Positions 49,657 to 62,377 of a DNA stretch of 64,000 nt are shown in pieces. The position numbers and the translations under genes were made by a program. This stretch comes from Chiloscyllium plagiosum (Eukaryota): assembly GCF_004010195.1 (NCBI RefSeq), contig NC_057718.1:47108116-47172115 (forward strand), given 5' to 3'. The notes under the pieces are model-generated. The model saw nothing but the letters and a program-made list of their open reading frames with translations, searched no databases and was not told the origin of the DNA. How positions within the stretch are numbered: the stretch's first letter is position 1; each line of letters begins with the position of its first letter.

Positions 49657-49994
49657 CTAGGAAAACAAAAATAATCCCACACTTTATTGTGTAATAATTT
49701 ATAGTAATTTACTCTTATTTCTAGTTAGAACATGTCTAGCACTCATAATAACCCAACGTCATGTTTTACCAGACCAGATAAAACTGAGGAATCAATGTAA
49801 GTAGAATATATATTTGCACAATCTGGGCACACCCTAGAGATTGTGAATGCAGGCTAGAACAAAATATGCTCTCTTTATGAACCTGTATCCCTTTATTCTG
49901 CAGCACTAGATACTGGTGGCCTAATGGAAGATGTCATTCATTACCCAATGAGTGAGACAGTAATACAGAAGCAACATACAGCAATTCTGGATCG

Positions 49995-51300
49995 AAAACA
50001 AAATCAGAGAATACTGTAAATGGTCAACTGGCAGGCAATATTTGTGCAGATAAACAGAATCTTCCAATTTTAATCATTCTTTTGCTTTGTTATGATCTAT
50101 CTCCAATTCTTTTGTGCCCTTTCTTGACTTTCTCTCTCCATATGGATAATGGCTATTCACAAATAAGGCCATCAACTCCGACATCTACTTTGGCCACACT
50201 TCTTCACACTCCATTTCCTATAAAGACTCCATCCCACTCTTTGAACTTTTACATCACTGTTGCATATGTTCTGACAAAGCAAGCTTTCAAACCAGTTCTT
50301 CTTCCTTTTCCTCAACTGAAAATATCCCCCACCTTGGCTGATAGAGGCCTCAATCATGTTTGTCATATTTCTTGCACTTTTCCTCTCATATCTTCCCCTA
50401 CCTCCCAAAATCATGATAAGGTTACCCTTGTCCTTACATTGCATCCCACCAGCCTCCATAATCACTTCATCACCGGCTGATATTTCTTCCATCTCTAGGG
50501 TGATGCTTTTACCAAATGCATCTTCCTTTCCATTCTTAGCAATGTGTAGGATTTGTTCACTGCTCAACACTATGATTAACTCCTCAATTACTCCCAACAC
50601 CTGCCTCCACTATCCCTCTCCTTATAAATGCAGGAGCTGCAATACCTGTCTTTTTACCACCTCAGCCTTCACTATCCCTGGCTTCAAACCCTCCTTCTAG
50701 ATGAAACAGCAATTTATTGCTTTGTGGAACACTTTCATTTAGTCCACAAGCTTCCAGTCACCTATCATTTTAATTCTCCTCTTTTACCTCTCTTTTCTCA
50801 GCCTGAAGTGTTCCAGTGAAGCTCAATGCAAGCTTGAAGAACAGCAGCTCAGATTTCAATTAAGCACTTTAAGCAGATTAAGTCTTTCAGACTCAACATT
50901 GAGTTCAACAGTTTCAGAATGTTAACCACTATCCCCAAGTTGTTTTGTTTCTCTTGGCTGGTTTTAGTTTTATTCTATTTTAAAATTTTATTTCCACTTT
51001 AAGACAGTAACTATTCATCATCTACTATTACACTTATTCAAAAGACAACTTTTTTCTTTACTTGTCCCGTGCCTTGCTCTTCCCTTTGGCCTTGCACCAC
51101 CTACACTTTTGTCTTTTAATCTCTTCTGTCTTCCAGTTTGTCACATACATTTTTCTTCTTCCCATCTCCACTTTCACGTTCTTAAAATTACTACATTTCT
51201 AACTTTTCTCAGTTCTGATGACAGGTCACCAAGCTGAAATATGCATTTGTTTCCCTCTCCACAGATGCTGTAAGATCTGAGTATTTTCAGCATTTATTTC
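49995..51300 (+). mobile_element. Old Neptune-like PLE (RT thumb, Cys linker, GIY-YIG C-terminus, 3' hammerhead remnant) in a TATDN3 intron
   Basis: HTSSHSISYKDSIP (~50190), CRSCNTC (~50630), LPVTYHFNS (~50750), KLEEQQLRFQL...LNIEFNSF (~50830-50920), CTGATGA...GAAA at ~51215-51239. Confidence 0.75.
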
Positions 51301-53065
51301 ATTTGAATAAATCAATGTTGGGCTTGACAAATAATTCAATTTCATCATCTGGCAAGCATGATGACTTTATAGTAGAAGTACCAAGCATTTCATTAACTCT
51401 CAAACAAGTTGAACACTTGTACTAGGTGAAAATTATTTCAGCTTTGACAAGAGGGCTAAGTAACAATCGATATTTTTCTTGCCGGGGTATAGGAATGAGC
51501 AAGAAAATACTTCATGAAATTAAATGAGTAATGGTAACAAAATATGACAACTCCACTTTCAGCCTTAGAATCCCCTACTTTAGATGCAGGCCTGAAATTT
51601 GGGGATGCCAGCCAGCCTCCCCATGCCAATCCAATCTGGGGAGTGGTCAGGGGGTAACTGGGGGTGGTCAATACCAGCTCTGCCAGCAACATTCACTGAA
51701 ATAGCTTAAGGAAAGTGAGGTGGTAGTGGAGACAGAATTCCAGATTTGCTAATCAGGCTGCTGAAATAAGATCAAAGATGATGCAGGCTAATGACTCAGG
51801 AGAAACAGCCCTGAACTGTTGGATTTTTCACTCCAGGGAGGGTGGTACACACTGGAATGAGACCCACCATAGCTGGAAACAGTGCTGAGGCAGCCACAAG
51901 AAGAAAACAATAAAGTTGATAATAAAACAACAATAGTTCTCTTTTTCACACCCCCTCACTCCCAGGGTCCCATTCACATCAAATCATGGGCCCTACCCAC
52001 CCTCTATAATCTCCATACCCATCCAAGACCGAAGTCTTTCTTGATAGTGATGCCCATAGTCTTCTGCCAATTTATGCCCCTTGACCCATAACCAGGGCCT
52101 CTTATAGGTCAAGTAATGCCAGACTGTGACCTCCACTTATCACCATACATTCTACATCATCTTGGAGCTGATTCATGTCAACCCGTGTCGCCACTCACGA
52201 CCAATTGACCATATCCCTCCATGCCATATATGCCGGTATCAATTTGAGCTAGGCCAATACGGACATGAAACAAAATAAAGATTTAAGCATTTATTGCAGA
52301 CTTCACTGTATTAGAAAAATGCTATTTGATAAAAACCCATTCAACACATTTAAATCCCTTTAAGTACTTAATTTCTCATAAAATTGTATTCTAACACCAA
52401 CATTAAAGAAAGTTAATCTCTGTGTATTTACTTGGAGCTGTCAATTAAGTTGTGAAACATAGGCTCTTCATTGTGATGTTTCCAGCAGTAAAGGGTCCCA
52501 CCCCAGTCTATACCAGTCTCCCTGGAGTGAACATCTGTTGGTTCAGGGCTCTTTCTCCTGAGTCATGATCCTGCACCATCTTTGATTGTTTTCAGCTGTG
52601 GTAGCAGTCGAGCAGTACTAACACTAAAATGATAGTCCTCAGACTAATTTCAACAAACGGCCATTGAAATTGCAAGCACCAATTTTCTTTCACAGGAGGG
52701 TGCACTTTTAATTTAAAGAACAGAGATTTAAAGAATTAGATAACTCTGCAAATCTTAATCACATTTTAGGCTCATTCACTTTTACTCTTAATAATGAGAA
52801 ATTACACATTGTGGAAAATGGAACTTGTTCTAGCAAAAATGCAAACTTCAAATAACCCTGCTGATTTCAGATTGTCCATATATGATAATCACATCCTGGC
52901 TCCTTTCCTCCCCTGGTGAAGATATTGTATGCCAGAAATGAGCCGGAATTTCTGAATCTGGGGCTCCAACACCACTTTGGCTAAGGCCTAAAGATCTTCC
53001 AAGTCTGGAAATTAACATACAAATGATAATTCTAAAACAGAAAACAAGAAGTTCAAATTTTAGAC

Positions 53066-53121
53066 CTTGCTCCTTCAGAAGATTAATGGTTGGTCGGCCA
53101 GCAGAACGAGAATGTACGTTT
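53066..53121 (-). CDS. TATDN3: TATDN3 internal coding exon (56 bp): (L)NVHSRSAGRPTINLLKEQ(G)
   Basis: TatD motif VHSR with metal-binding His. Acceptor ttttcttcctattag, donor gtctaa. Phases join both neighbouring exons. Confidence 0.95.
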
Positions 53122-53399
53122 CTAATAGGAAGAAAATAACGATTAGATTAACACAATGCACTAGTAGACTGAATGATCCAATCTTATTCCTGCTGTGAAG
53201 CGCCTAAAGTTGAATGCAGTACTATATATGGGATGTGCCCAAAACTCTGCACTCACTTGTAATTCAAGATCCCTGGAAAAAGACTAAGGTTCCATTAATT
53301 CTTTTGATTCTATTCAAAGAGTTGCAGTGATTTTTATGCAAGGACATTCAAATCTCTACTTCTCTCGAGTTATTTTTTTACAATGGTTAGGATTAAAAA

Positions 53400-54150
53400 A
53401 ATTTTTGTCTGTCATGAATCAAAGTGAATGTACTCTCACAATGAATTCCATTTGTCACAATTTTATCCATTCACTTTTTCTATTCCCTTTTTAATTTCCT
53501 ATTCCCAACTGAACTATTCATTTTTCCTCCCAACTGAATGTTATCTGCAAACTTTGAAATATGTTTTGTTAGTTCATCCAAATCACTGTACAATATCGAC
53601 CTCAGAGAACACCATATGTTGCAACTCACCAATCAGAATAATCAATTGTTATTCCAACGCTTTCTCTCTTACATTCCAACCAATTTCCAAGATATGGTAT
53701 GGTTGCCTGCAATCCGGTATACTTTCAGTTTTCCTAATAATCTTTTCTGTGTGCCTTTGTCAAGTGCCTTCTGAAACGTCATACGGATGGGATTGATGGT
53801 CATACCTTCCCCACCACTCTACTGACATCAAAAAATTCAATATAATCTGTCAGACCCAATTTACTCAGTAGAAATCCATGCTATCTCTATCACATTCAAA
53901 TCTTCTCAAGTGCCCAATCACTCTGTCCCTAGTGAAGATTCTTGTAACTTCTCCACAACTGATGTTGGGCAAACTGACCTGTAGTTACCTGATTCTCATT
54001 CCCATTTTTTTACATAATGGGGAAATGTTGGCAATATTTTGAATCCTATGGCACAATTCTCAAATCAAGAGAGCTTTACAAGATTACTACAAAGGCATCT
54101 GCAATTTTCTTATCTATTTTTTTAATACCCGGGCTGGATACCATCATATC
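53400..54150 (-). mobile_element. Very old CR1 RT fragment
   Basis: Decayed equivalents of NYR.VSLTSV, HGF and DFQKAFDKVPH on the minus strand. Confidence 0.55.
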
Positions 54151-55301
54151 CTGGAGAAGAATGTTTATTAATGCATGGCAGGAAACACTGCCAAATTAAA
54201 TTCAAAGATTTTACAGTGGTGGTACAAGCTTCCACCAATGCTGCAGGTTGGAAGCAGCCATTTGAAATGAATATTTCGCGGCAACTTTGATTTTATGCTG
54301 TAAATCTGAGTTTAGAGACAATAGAAAATAGCTGATATTAGATCATCACTTTTGATTTTCCCAAAATCAAAATTACCCGTACGATATTCAAAACTGTACA
54401 TTGAGCGCTGGGTTAACATCAATGATCATGACTGACCCAAAAATCACATACATTGTAATGTCAATGCTTTCTCAATATGTGGCTTCACATCAGAAGATTG
54501 AATTACCACTGATTTATCAGCACTTTCTTGGTAAAAACCAAGCAGAATTAATCAGCTTTATACGTATCTAGAAAGCATTCCCTGGCCAAATTAATTTCCA
54601 TGTTATTTCAATGTATACATAGGTGGTACAAAGGAACTCAAAGGAACTATAGGATATTTGATTGACTGTCTCCCAGGAAATTTATCTTTCACAAATTCTG
54701 TTAGCTGACTAAGTGCCTGAAATCAAAATCTTTCTTTGAACAGCAATGGAAAATCCTAACAAGCTATATTCCCTCACAGCACCACCATAAAAAGCCCTTC
54801 AATATTTCCTGACAGAAGCAGCAACAGACTCCGCTAAGTAGAGTCAACCTCTGTCATGTCCATTCAGGACCTGGGAACCTAATGAAAGTAGTCAATTTTA
54901 TCACAAGGACAATAATTATTTGTAGCAACCATGAAGAATACCCATTGTGATAGAAAAAATGATTTGTGAAAGATGTTGTAATAAATCATTTGAATTGGTG
55001 TTCAGTTTTGTATAATGACATTGGGGAGTAGGTGTTATATCTCAGTTTACATGCTATAGCAAGGTGACAAACAAGGATTTTAAGATAGATCATTCAGAAT
55101 TTGAGAGGAAACAGATCCATGTGAGCTGATAGAGTCAAATAATTCTCAAAGTTTTATGACTGAACAAACATTTTTGTCTAATTAACGTTTTTAATGAAGA
55201 AATCATTTCATGGGACTTTACAGAAGTCTAATCAAAAGAGACAAAGGAAATATTAGGGAAGCCGAATAAAGGACTCCAACTGAAAGAGTTAGTTGGATCG
55301 T

Positions 55302-55560
55302 TGAGGAGCAAATTGCTGCAGATGTTGGAATCTGTACTGAAAACAACAAATGCTGGAGATCACAGCGGGTCAGACAGATCCTTGGACAGAGAGCAAGCTA
55401 ACTTTTCCAGCTTAGATGACTCTTCATCAGAGCTGAAGTGAAATACGGAGGGAACAGCATTTTTACTATAGTTGTGGGAGGGTGGTATGGGGTGCTGGGG
55501 TTTAGAGTGCTGGGGGAGAAAAGTTGTTGATAGTTCAGATTAAGTGTTCAGAATATGAGC
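55302..55560 (-). mobile_element. PLE 3' end with decayed hammerhead
   Basis: PLE-type terminus ctgcagatgttggaatc...aatgctggagatcacagc. Minus strand reads CTGATGAAGAGTC...GAAA near 55400-55431. Confidence 0.65.
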
Positions 55561-56869
55561 ATGTACGGACTGTCTAAGGACCAGTAACTTCAGATAGGGA
55601 TTCTGGGAAATATCTCAGAATGTATCTTGGTCTACAGATTATGCTGGATTGGTATTGGTGGAGTGGTCTGGCTCTCCTGGGGCACTAAACAATTAATCTG
55701 ACTTTTTTTACACTCTCAAATTGTTCCTCTTTCTTCAACATATAAATCATGTACAAGAGGAAACCATTTTTAAAAGGTAGTGATTTACAGGTTCTGGAGT
55801 TTTCTGCCAAGACTAGCATTTATTGACCATCCCTAATTACGCGAGAAGACGACAGTGGCAAATAATGGACCATGATACTTCTCTTGTTTTAGGTGCCTTA
55901 CTCCCTCAACCTTAATCTCTCCTATTCTCACCAATTCCATTAACATCTGCATCAAATGCACTTCAAATAATAATGTCAAGAAAAACTAGGTAAATTATTT
56001 TTCCATAAAACTTTTTACTGACAAAAAAAAATTATTTTACACACCAACCCCTTCAGGCAGTCAGACAAACTCCAAAATATTATCCTGCATTTATTTTCAA
56101 AAAGAAAAGTAAATAAGGCATGAACAGATTAGCCATGACCTCACTGAATGGCAGAGCAGGCTTGGAGATACCTTCTATTCCTGATTCATATGTCCATATG
56201 AAAATAAACCCGCAAGTCACTTTTAAAGGGGAAAGCCTCTCTCCATTTGCTCCAGACGCTTACAACACATGAATTAAAACAGGTGGACAGTGCAGGAGCA
56301 TATCCAGTCATAACAGCTGATTTGGCCTCCAACCCCCTGGGTGCAGAGTCTGGGTAGTGTGGGAGAGGATATTAGAATTAGTCCAGAAAATGGAAAATAT
56401 GTTTGCAATGTAGGCTGGCAGTAGGACTGCAGCAACCTACAATGGGAAGATGGAGGGAATGCTGGCAACATATTCAAGACTCTAGCAGCTTTCTCGGGTT
56501 TTGCCACCTCTGTCTCATGCACTGTCTTTCTCGCGCTCTCTCTCTCTACCTCTGCTCAGCTGTCACTTTATGAATTAACGAATGTCTCACATCCCGTCCA
56601 GGACTCACATTGTCCAGGTGAAAACAATGACCTTGAAGCCTTTGCAGACTCAGGTGGTCGTGCATTGGACAAGCCACTTGTTACCAGATGCAAGTGTGTT
56701 GCCTTTATTGTGTCCATTTGTCTTCTTGCCTGATCACTGCAAGAACAACACGCTGGTCCCATTTCCACAGTCCATTTCTACTATCACAACATTTATTTTC
56801 AGGCACTTATCCCATTCCTTTTAGAAAGTTTTGGCCCTGAAGGGGGATTTTCCAAATTTACATCCCCTC

Positions 56870-57860
56870 TACTGGATCATGCCTGGCATTTGTGTAGCAT
56901 GAATGTCACTTGCCACTTAGAAGCCCAAGCCTGAATGTTGTTCATGTTGCAAATAGTCATGGTCATTAACCAAGGAGCGTAAATTAAATTGAACACGAGG
57001 CAATCATTAGCAGACATCCTGATTTTGGACTTCATAAATGGTGGGAAGGTAATTGATGAAGCCGTCAAAAATTGCTGATCCCAGAACAGTTCTCTGAGGA
57101 ACTCACCCAGTGATGTTCTGAGGTTGAGATACTTGATCTTCAACAATTACAACAATCTTTCTTTGCGCTAGAACTGACTAGTCAATGAATGGTTTTGTCC
57201 TGATTTGCTCTCATTTCAATTTTACTCAGGATTCTTGATGCCTCACTTAGTAAAAGCTGCCTTGACATCAGCGAAAACAATTTCACCGCACTCTGGAATT
57301 CAGCTTTGATCGTGTTTACCAATGCTCTAAGGCAGTCTGCAGCCAAGTAGTCTGGCAGAGTCAGTAAAAAGGTTATTACATGCTTGATAACATAGTTTAC
57401 TGTATTGTTCTATGCTTTTTTTTATAATTGAGAATAGTTGATAGAGTGATAGAGTGATAGTTGGAAAGATTGGTTTTATCCTGTCTTTGGGCAGATTTTC
57501 ATTTTTCTTGATATATGCTGTACCAGTAATAGAACAGCTTGATTAAGGCCAGAACCAGTTCAGGAACACATCTTAAGCCGAGAAGTTATCAGGCCTGATA
57601 CCTTTTGCTCCATGTATCCATTGCATTCAACCATTTGTTGACATCATGTGGAGTGAAACAAATTGGCCCATAGCTGGCATCCATGATGGTGTGGGCATCA
57701 GGTGGAGGCCAAGATGGATCGAATTGTAACTTCTGGTTGAAGATGGTTGCAAACATTTTAACCTAGTCTTTTGTACTCATGTGCAGGCTTAATCAACATT
57801 AGAGATGGGGGTGTTCATGAGGCCTCTTCCGGTTAGCTGTTTAACTATCCCCCACTATTA
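56870..57860 (-). mobile_element. Very old CR1/L2-type RT fragment
   Basis: ANDCLVF...NIQAWASKWQVTFMLHKCQ corresponds to FADD...W...WQ..F...KC. Confidence 0.6.
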
Positions 57861-59373
57861 AGCAACCTTTAAATCTTATCTTATAATTACCTTGACACAA
57901 AATAAGGAGTAGGCTTCCTGAAAATAACTTTAACATTATTTTTTACAATTGCTGCTGTGTCTTCCAAGATGCACTGAAAGGTTCTACAAGACATTTCAAT
58001 GAGGATGATCTCTTTGACCTTTATTTCTATTTTGATAAGTGGGTGAACAACTTTTAAACAGTGCAACTTACAATGGGTTTAGAATTTAGAATCCCGTGTA
58101 TCAGCAACTGAAGCAGAATAAAACTACAATTGGAGTACATCACACCACGTGATGTCTTGTGGAACCTCAGGATAAATTGGCTCATTCAGAAATTTCTGGT
58201 TCTGCAAAGGTACCGATTCTATAGGGCTGCATTTACCACTACCCTGCCAATTGGTTTGAAGGTATGATGACTTTAAAATCCAGCAGGAAGCCTGCCAACT
58301 ACCTTCCTGCCTATCCTGCTAAAGTAATTATATCAGTCATTGGGTTGCCATCAGGATACTCATCTGCCAGTGGACCAACTGAAGCCCCTAAATGGATAAT
58401 TAAAGCTCACTCGAGTCTCTCATCTCATCATTTCCAGGATTTAACAGGCAGCAGAAGAAAACCATGCCAAGCAGACACGCCAAAAGATTTCCTTGCACAG
58501 GGAAGGGACAGGAAGGGCCCTTCTTAACTGGATCGTGGACCCATCAGAGGCCACACCCTTGGTATAACATGATACCCCCATCCCAGGGTGGCCATCCCTC
58601 ATGCCTGCATAAACCTCAGTCCCTTTCTTAGGCCTGCCAGCATGACAACTGGCAAGTCCCAAACAATGACCCAAATCCTGATTCAGTACTGCATGCCTCT
58701 GTCCCCAAGTGTTGAAGAGCTCTCAGCCTCTGATTCAGATGTGACTTCTGATCCAGAAGGGGTGAATGGCAATTGTCTGTTAATAAATGAAGGTGAGACT
58801 TCCATGCTCCTGGATCAGAAAGTCTGGTTTCAGAACGTATCAACCAATCAAAGGCAGGTAGATCTCCAGCACTCTGAGACAGAGTTCAACAGGCCATTCA
58901 ATTTGACATTTAATAGCTGCAGGATAACCAGTGTTCCCCTTAACAGGGTCCCCTCACCTTTTTACTGGTGGTTAATGGAACCTGGCAGATTGAATGATTA
59001 AGTCTCTAATTTTACTACTTCCTCACACTAGGAATTATGGCTGTAAAGTATATCTGGCTTCTTCTGCAAACAATCACGCCTCAAAATTTGTATAATAATG
59101 TATCCATTCAAAGAAAATTGTAACTTGATCAGGCACAATGTATGTACTATAGCATTATTATGAACAGTGGTAAGAAAATAGATGGGAGAGTTTGGGAAAG
59201 TAAATAGTTTGTTTCATTATACTATTAATCAAATAGTTGTCATGTCAAACAGCTGATAAACTTGAACTGTCAGTCTGTACAATAATTTTCTCTGGCCATA
59301 AATAGATGACAAGTAGCTTGGACTTTACTATACCCCAGCTCTTAATTCTCACAGAAATAAAGTTCTACATTAC

Positions 59374-59483
59374 AAAGGTAAATCCAGGCGCTTTGCAATT
59401 TCAATCTGTTCAATGAAGACCTTTCTCTGTTCATTTTTCTGTGCCTCAGTGCTGGCAAATCGTGGCGTGAAATCCAATCCAAC
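59374..59483 (-). CDS. TATDN3: TATDN3 internal coding exon (110 bp): VGLDFTPRFASTEAQKNEQRKVFIEQIEIAKRLDLP + 2 nt
   Basis: Manual translation of the minus strand matches the recalled vertebrate TATDN3 segment VGLDFSPRFA...QIQLAKRLNLP. Acceptor ttttattctag, donor gtaatg. Ends in phase 2, compatible with the next exon. Upstream exons were not found and probably lie beyond 64000. Confidence 0.95.
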
Positions 59484-59854
59484 CTAGAATAAAACACAAA
59501 GTATGAGATCTTTGATGCATAATTGCATACTCAAGCTACACATATTAATCTATCAATGGAAAATGATAAAATATTTTTAGTCCATTAATTCTGATGTGGC
59601 TTCACTTTACAAGAGTGTTCACAATTTGAGCTTCAGTATTCAATGCAATTTCTTTTACCCATTCTGTAAATACTTTTTAGGCACCCAAAATCTACCAACT
59701 TCCAAATATTAAGTCCAACATCTGCTGTGAGCATTACTCTCCAATTTTCTGTTCGACAAATCATGCCAGAGAAATGGAAAACTACAAACAATGTACCACT
59801 AGTTTAAAAAGAGAGAGATGGGATTCATTGATAATTACAGTCAATTATCCTAAT

Positions 59855-60340
59855 CTTCAAAGTTTGTGAGAAGATTTATAGCTCGGGTGCTCGTTGTTGT
59901 GGTTCTGTTTGCCAAGCTTGGAATTTGTGTTGCAGACGTTTCGTCCCCTGTCTAGGTGACATCCTCAGTGCTTGGGAGCATCCTGTGAAGCGCTTCTGTG
60001 ATCTTTCCTCTGGCATTTGTAGTGGTTTGAATCTGCCGCTTCCGGTTGTCAGTTCCAGCTGTCCGTTGCAGTGGTCGGTATATTGGGTCCAGGTCGATGC
60101 GCTTATTGATTGAATCTGTGGATGAGTGCCATGTCTCTAGGAATTCCCTGGCTGTTCTCTGTTTGGCTTGTCCTATAATAGTAGTGTTGTCCCAGTCGAA
60201 TTCATGTTGCTTGTCATCTGCGTGTGTGGCTACTAAGGAGAGCTGGTCGTGTCGTTTTGTGGCTAGTTGGTGTTCATGGATGCGGATCGTTAGCTGTCTT
60301 CCTGGTTGTCCCATGTAGTGTTTTGTGCAGTCCTTGCATG
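59855..60340 (-). mobile_element. Young Penelope/Poseidon-like PLE 3' fragment: GIY-YIG endonuclease followed by a hammerhead
   Basis: ORF 59952-60353: CKDCTKHYMGQPGRQLTIRIHEH...H.FDWDN...REFLE.W...IN. Confidence 0.9.
59932..59971 (-). ncRNA. Minimal type I hammerhead ribozyme motif (GUC cleavage triplet)
   Basis: Minus strand GCA-CUGAGGA-U-GUCACC(UAGACA)GGGGAC-GAAA-C-GUC-UGC: helix I GCA/UGC and palindromic ACGU in place of helix III. Confidence 0.75.
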
Positions 60341-60344
60341 CAAA

Positions 60345-60660
60345 TCCATACACATATCCACCTCTGCATGAAAAAGTTTCCCCTTGGTCTATTCCCTTTC
60401 AAATCTCTGTCCCCTCACCTTAAAACTATGTCCTCTAGTTTGGAGTCCCCTACCCTGGGAAAAGATCTTGACTATTCACCTTACTCATGCCACACATGAT
60501 TTAATAAACCTCTATAAGGTCACCCCTCAGCCTCTGACGCTCGAGGGAAAATATTCCCAATCTATTCAGCCTCTCTATTGCTCAAACCCTCCAACCCTGG
60601 CAACATCCTCATAAATCTTTTCTGAACCTTTCAAGTTTCACAACATTCTTCCTATAGCAT
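60345..60660 (-). mobile_element. CR1 3' fragment fused to the 5' truncation point of the PLE
   Basis: Homologous to 30800-30990. Confidence 0.8.
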
Positions 60661-60834
60661 GACTAAAGAAGGTTTCTTTGCAAGTTTCCTTTTGTAATCC
60701 CTTTTAGTAACCTTATCAGCTTCTTTGTGACCGTTTGCTGGTCTTTCTATCTTTCCTATTTGGCAAATCTGTGCTGTGTTTTGCATTTTCGGAAGTCTTC
60801 CTTTTAGTTTTATACTGTTCTTATGTATTTAGTT

Positions 60835-62377
60835 AAAAATCACACAATACCAGGTTATAGTCCAACAGATTTATTTGGAAGTACTAGCTTTCAGAGCACT
60901 GCTCCTTCATCAGGTGGTTGTGGAGTGTAAGATCCTAAGGGACAGAATTTGCAGCAAAAGTTTACAGTGTGATGTAACTTAAATTACATATTGCTAAAGA
61001 CCTGGTTTGTTTGTTAAGTCTCTCATCTTTTAGAATGAACATATTGATTTCAGTTCTTTCATATGTAAATCACAGAACTTTTTTAAAGTTACATTCTCAA
61101 GTGAACTTTAACAATTGGTGTCATGTCAGCCCAGATAATGCACTGAAGGCTTGAGGTGCCCTGTGTGAGACTGTCTGTGCCACAATGTTCAAACTGACTC
61201 TAATCTAAAAAAGGATTTACAGAATCTTACATGGATTCATGCAGTTTTTGAGCAAAATAAAATGTAATTCTGCAAGTACAAATTCACCTCACAAACCTAT
61301 ATGTGTATGCGTGAGCATGTGGGTGTGTGTGCGTGCGTGTCAGGTTGGGGTTATGAGTGTCTGTGAGAGAGTGTGTGTAGTGTGCGAGTGTGAGTGGAAA
61401 GGGGTATAAGTCTGTGAGAGGGTGCGTGTGTGCATGAGAGTGTGGGAGTGTATGTGTAAGCATATGAGAGAGAGCTTATGTATGAGAGAGGGTCTGCGTG
61501 AGTGTATGGGTCTGTAGGAGTATGTGTGGCTGTGTCTGAGAGCGTGCCTGTCTGTGCGCGAAGTACAGTGGAGTCACCTGTATTGTGACATGAACCCAAG
61601 GTCTCGGTTGAGGCCATTTCCATGTGTACCAAACTTGGCTATCAGCCTCTGCTTGGCCACTTTGCGTTGTTGCCTGTCCAAAGTCCGCCTTGGAGGACGG
61701 TGACCAGACGGTCAGGTCACCCAGTCCTACAGACACACACACTCCTACAGACCCACACATTCACACAGACCCTCTCTCATATGCTCAAACATACACTCCC
61801 ACACTCATGTACATACACACTTCCACACTCATGCACATATACACATTCTCTCACAGACACTCATAACCCCAACCCAACACACACACACACACACAGGCAT
61901 ACATGCACATAAACGTTTGTGGGTACTTGCATATAATTTCATATTATTTTTCTCAAAAACTGCATGAATCCATGTAAGATTCTATAAATCCATTTTTTAC
62001 ATTAGAATCAGTCTGAACATTGTGGCACAGACAAACAGTCTCACACAGGGCACCTTAAATGCATTATCTGGGCCTACATGACACCAATTGTTAAAGTTCA
62101 CTTGAGAATGTAACTTTTAAAAAGTTCTGTGATTTACATATGAAAGAATTGAAACCAACAGGTTCATTCTAAAAGATGAGAGACTTAACAAACAATCCAG
62201 GTCTTTTTCAATATATAATTTAAGTTACACCACACTGTAAACTTTGGCTATAAATTTTGTGTCTTACAATCTTATACTCCACAAACCAGCGCTCCGAAAG
62301 CTGGTACTTACAAATAAACCTGTTGGACTATTACCTGGTGTTGTGTACACCCCAGTCCAACATTGGCATTTCCAAAT
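60835..62377. mobile_element. 1.55 kb inverted-pLTR Neptune-like PLE, family B, with a GIY-YIG C-terminus in the loop and a 15 bp imperfect TSD
   Basis: Arms ~60835-61532 and ~61725-62346 inverted. The loop encodes, on the minus strand, QQRKVAKQRLIAKFGTHGNGLNRDLGFMSQYR* (stop 61574-61576). Flanks CTTATGTATTTAGTT (60820-60834) and CTTACCTATTTAGTT (62378-62392). Confidence 0.88.

Noticed and set aside
53055..59380. Possible minor (U12) intron in TATDN3 suggested by weak donors gtaatg and gtctaa
   Set aside because: Neither donor matches the U12 consensus RTATCCTT; these are treated as ordinary GT-AG introns.
61300..61910. His/Thr-rich ORFs and (CA/GT)-rich tracts as a gene or independent microsatellite
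   Set aside because: Low-complexity 3' region of the PLE, present in both inverted arms.
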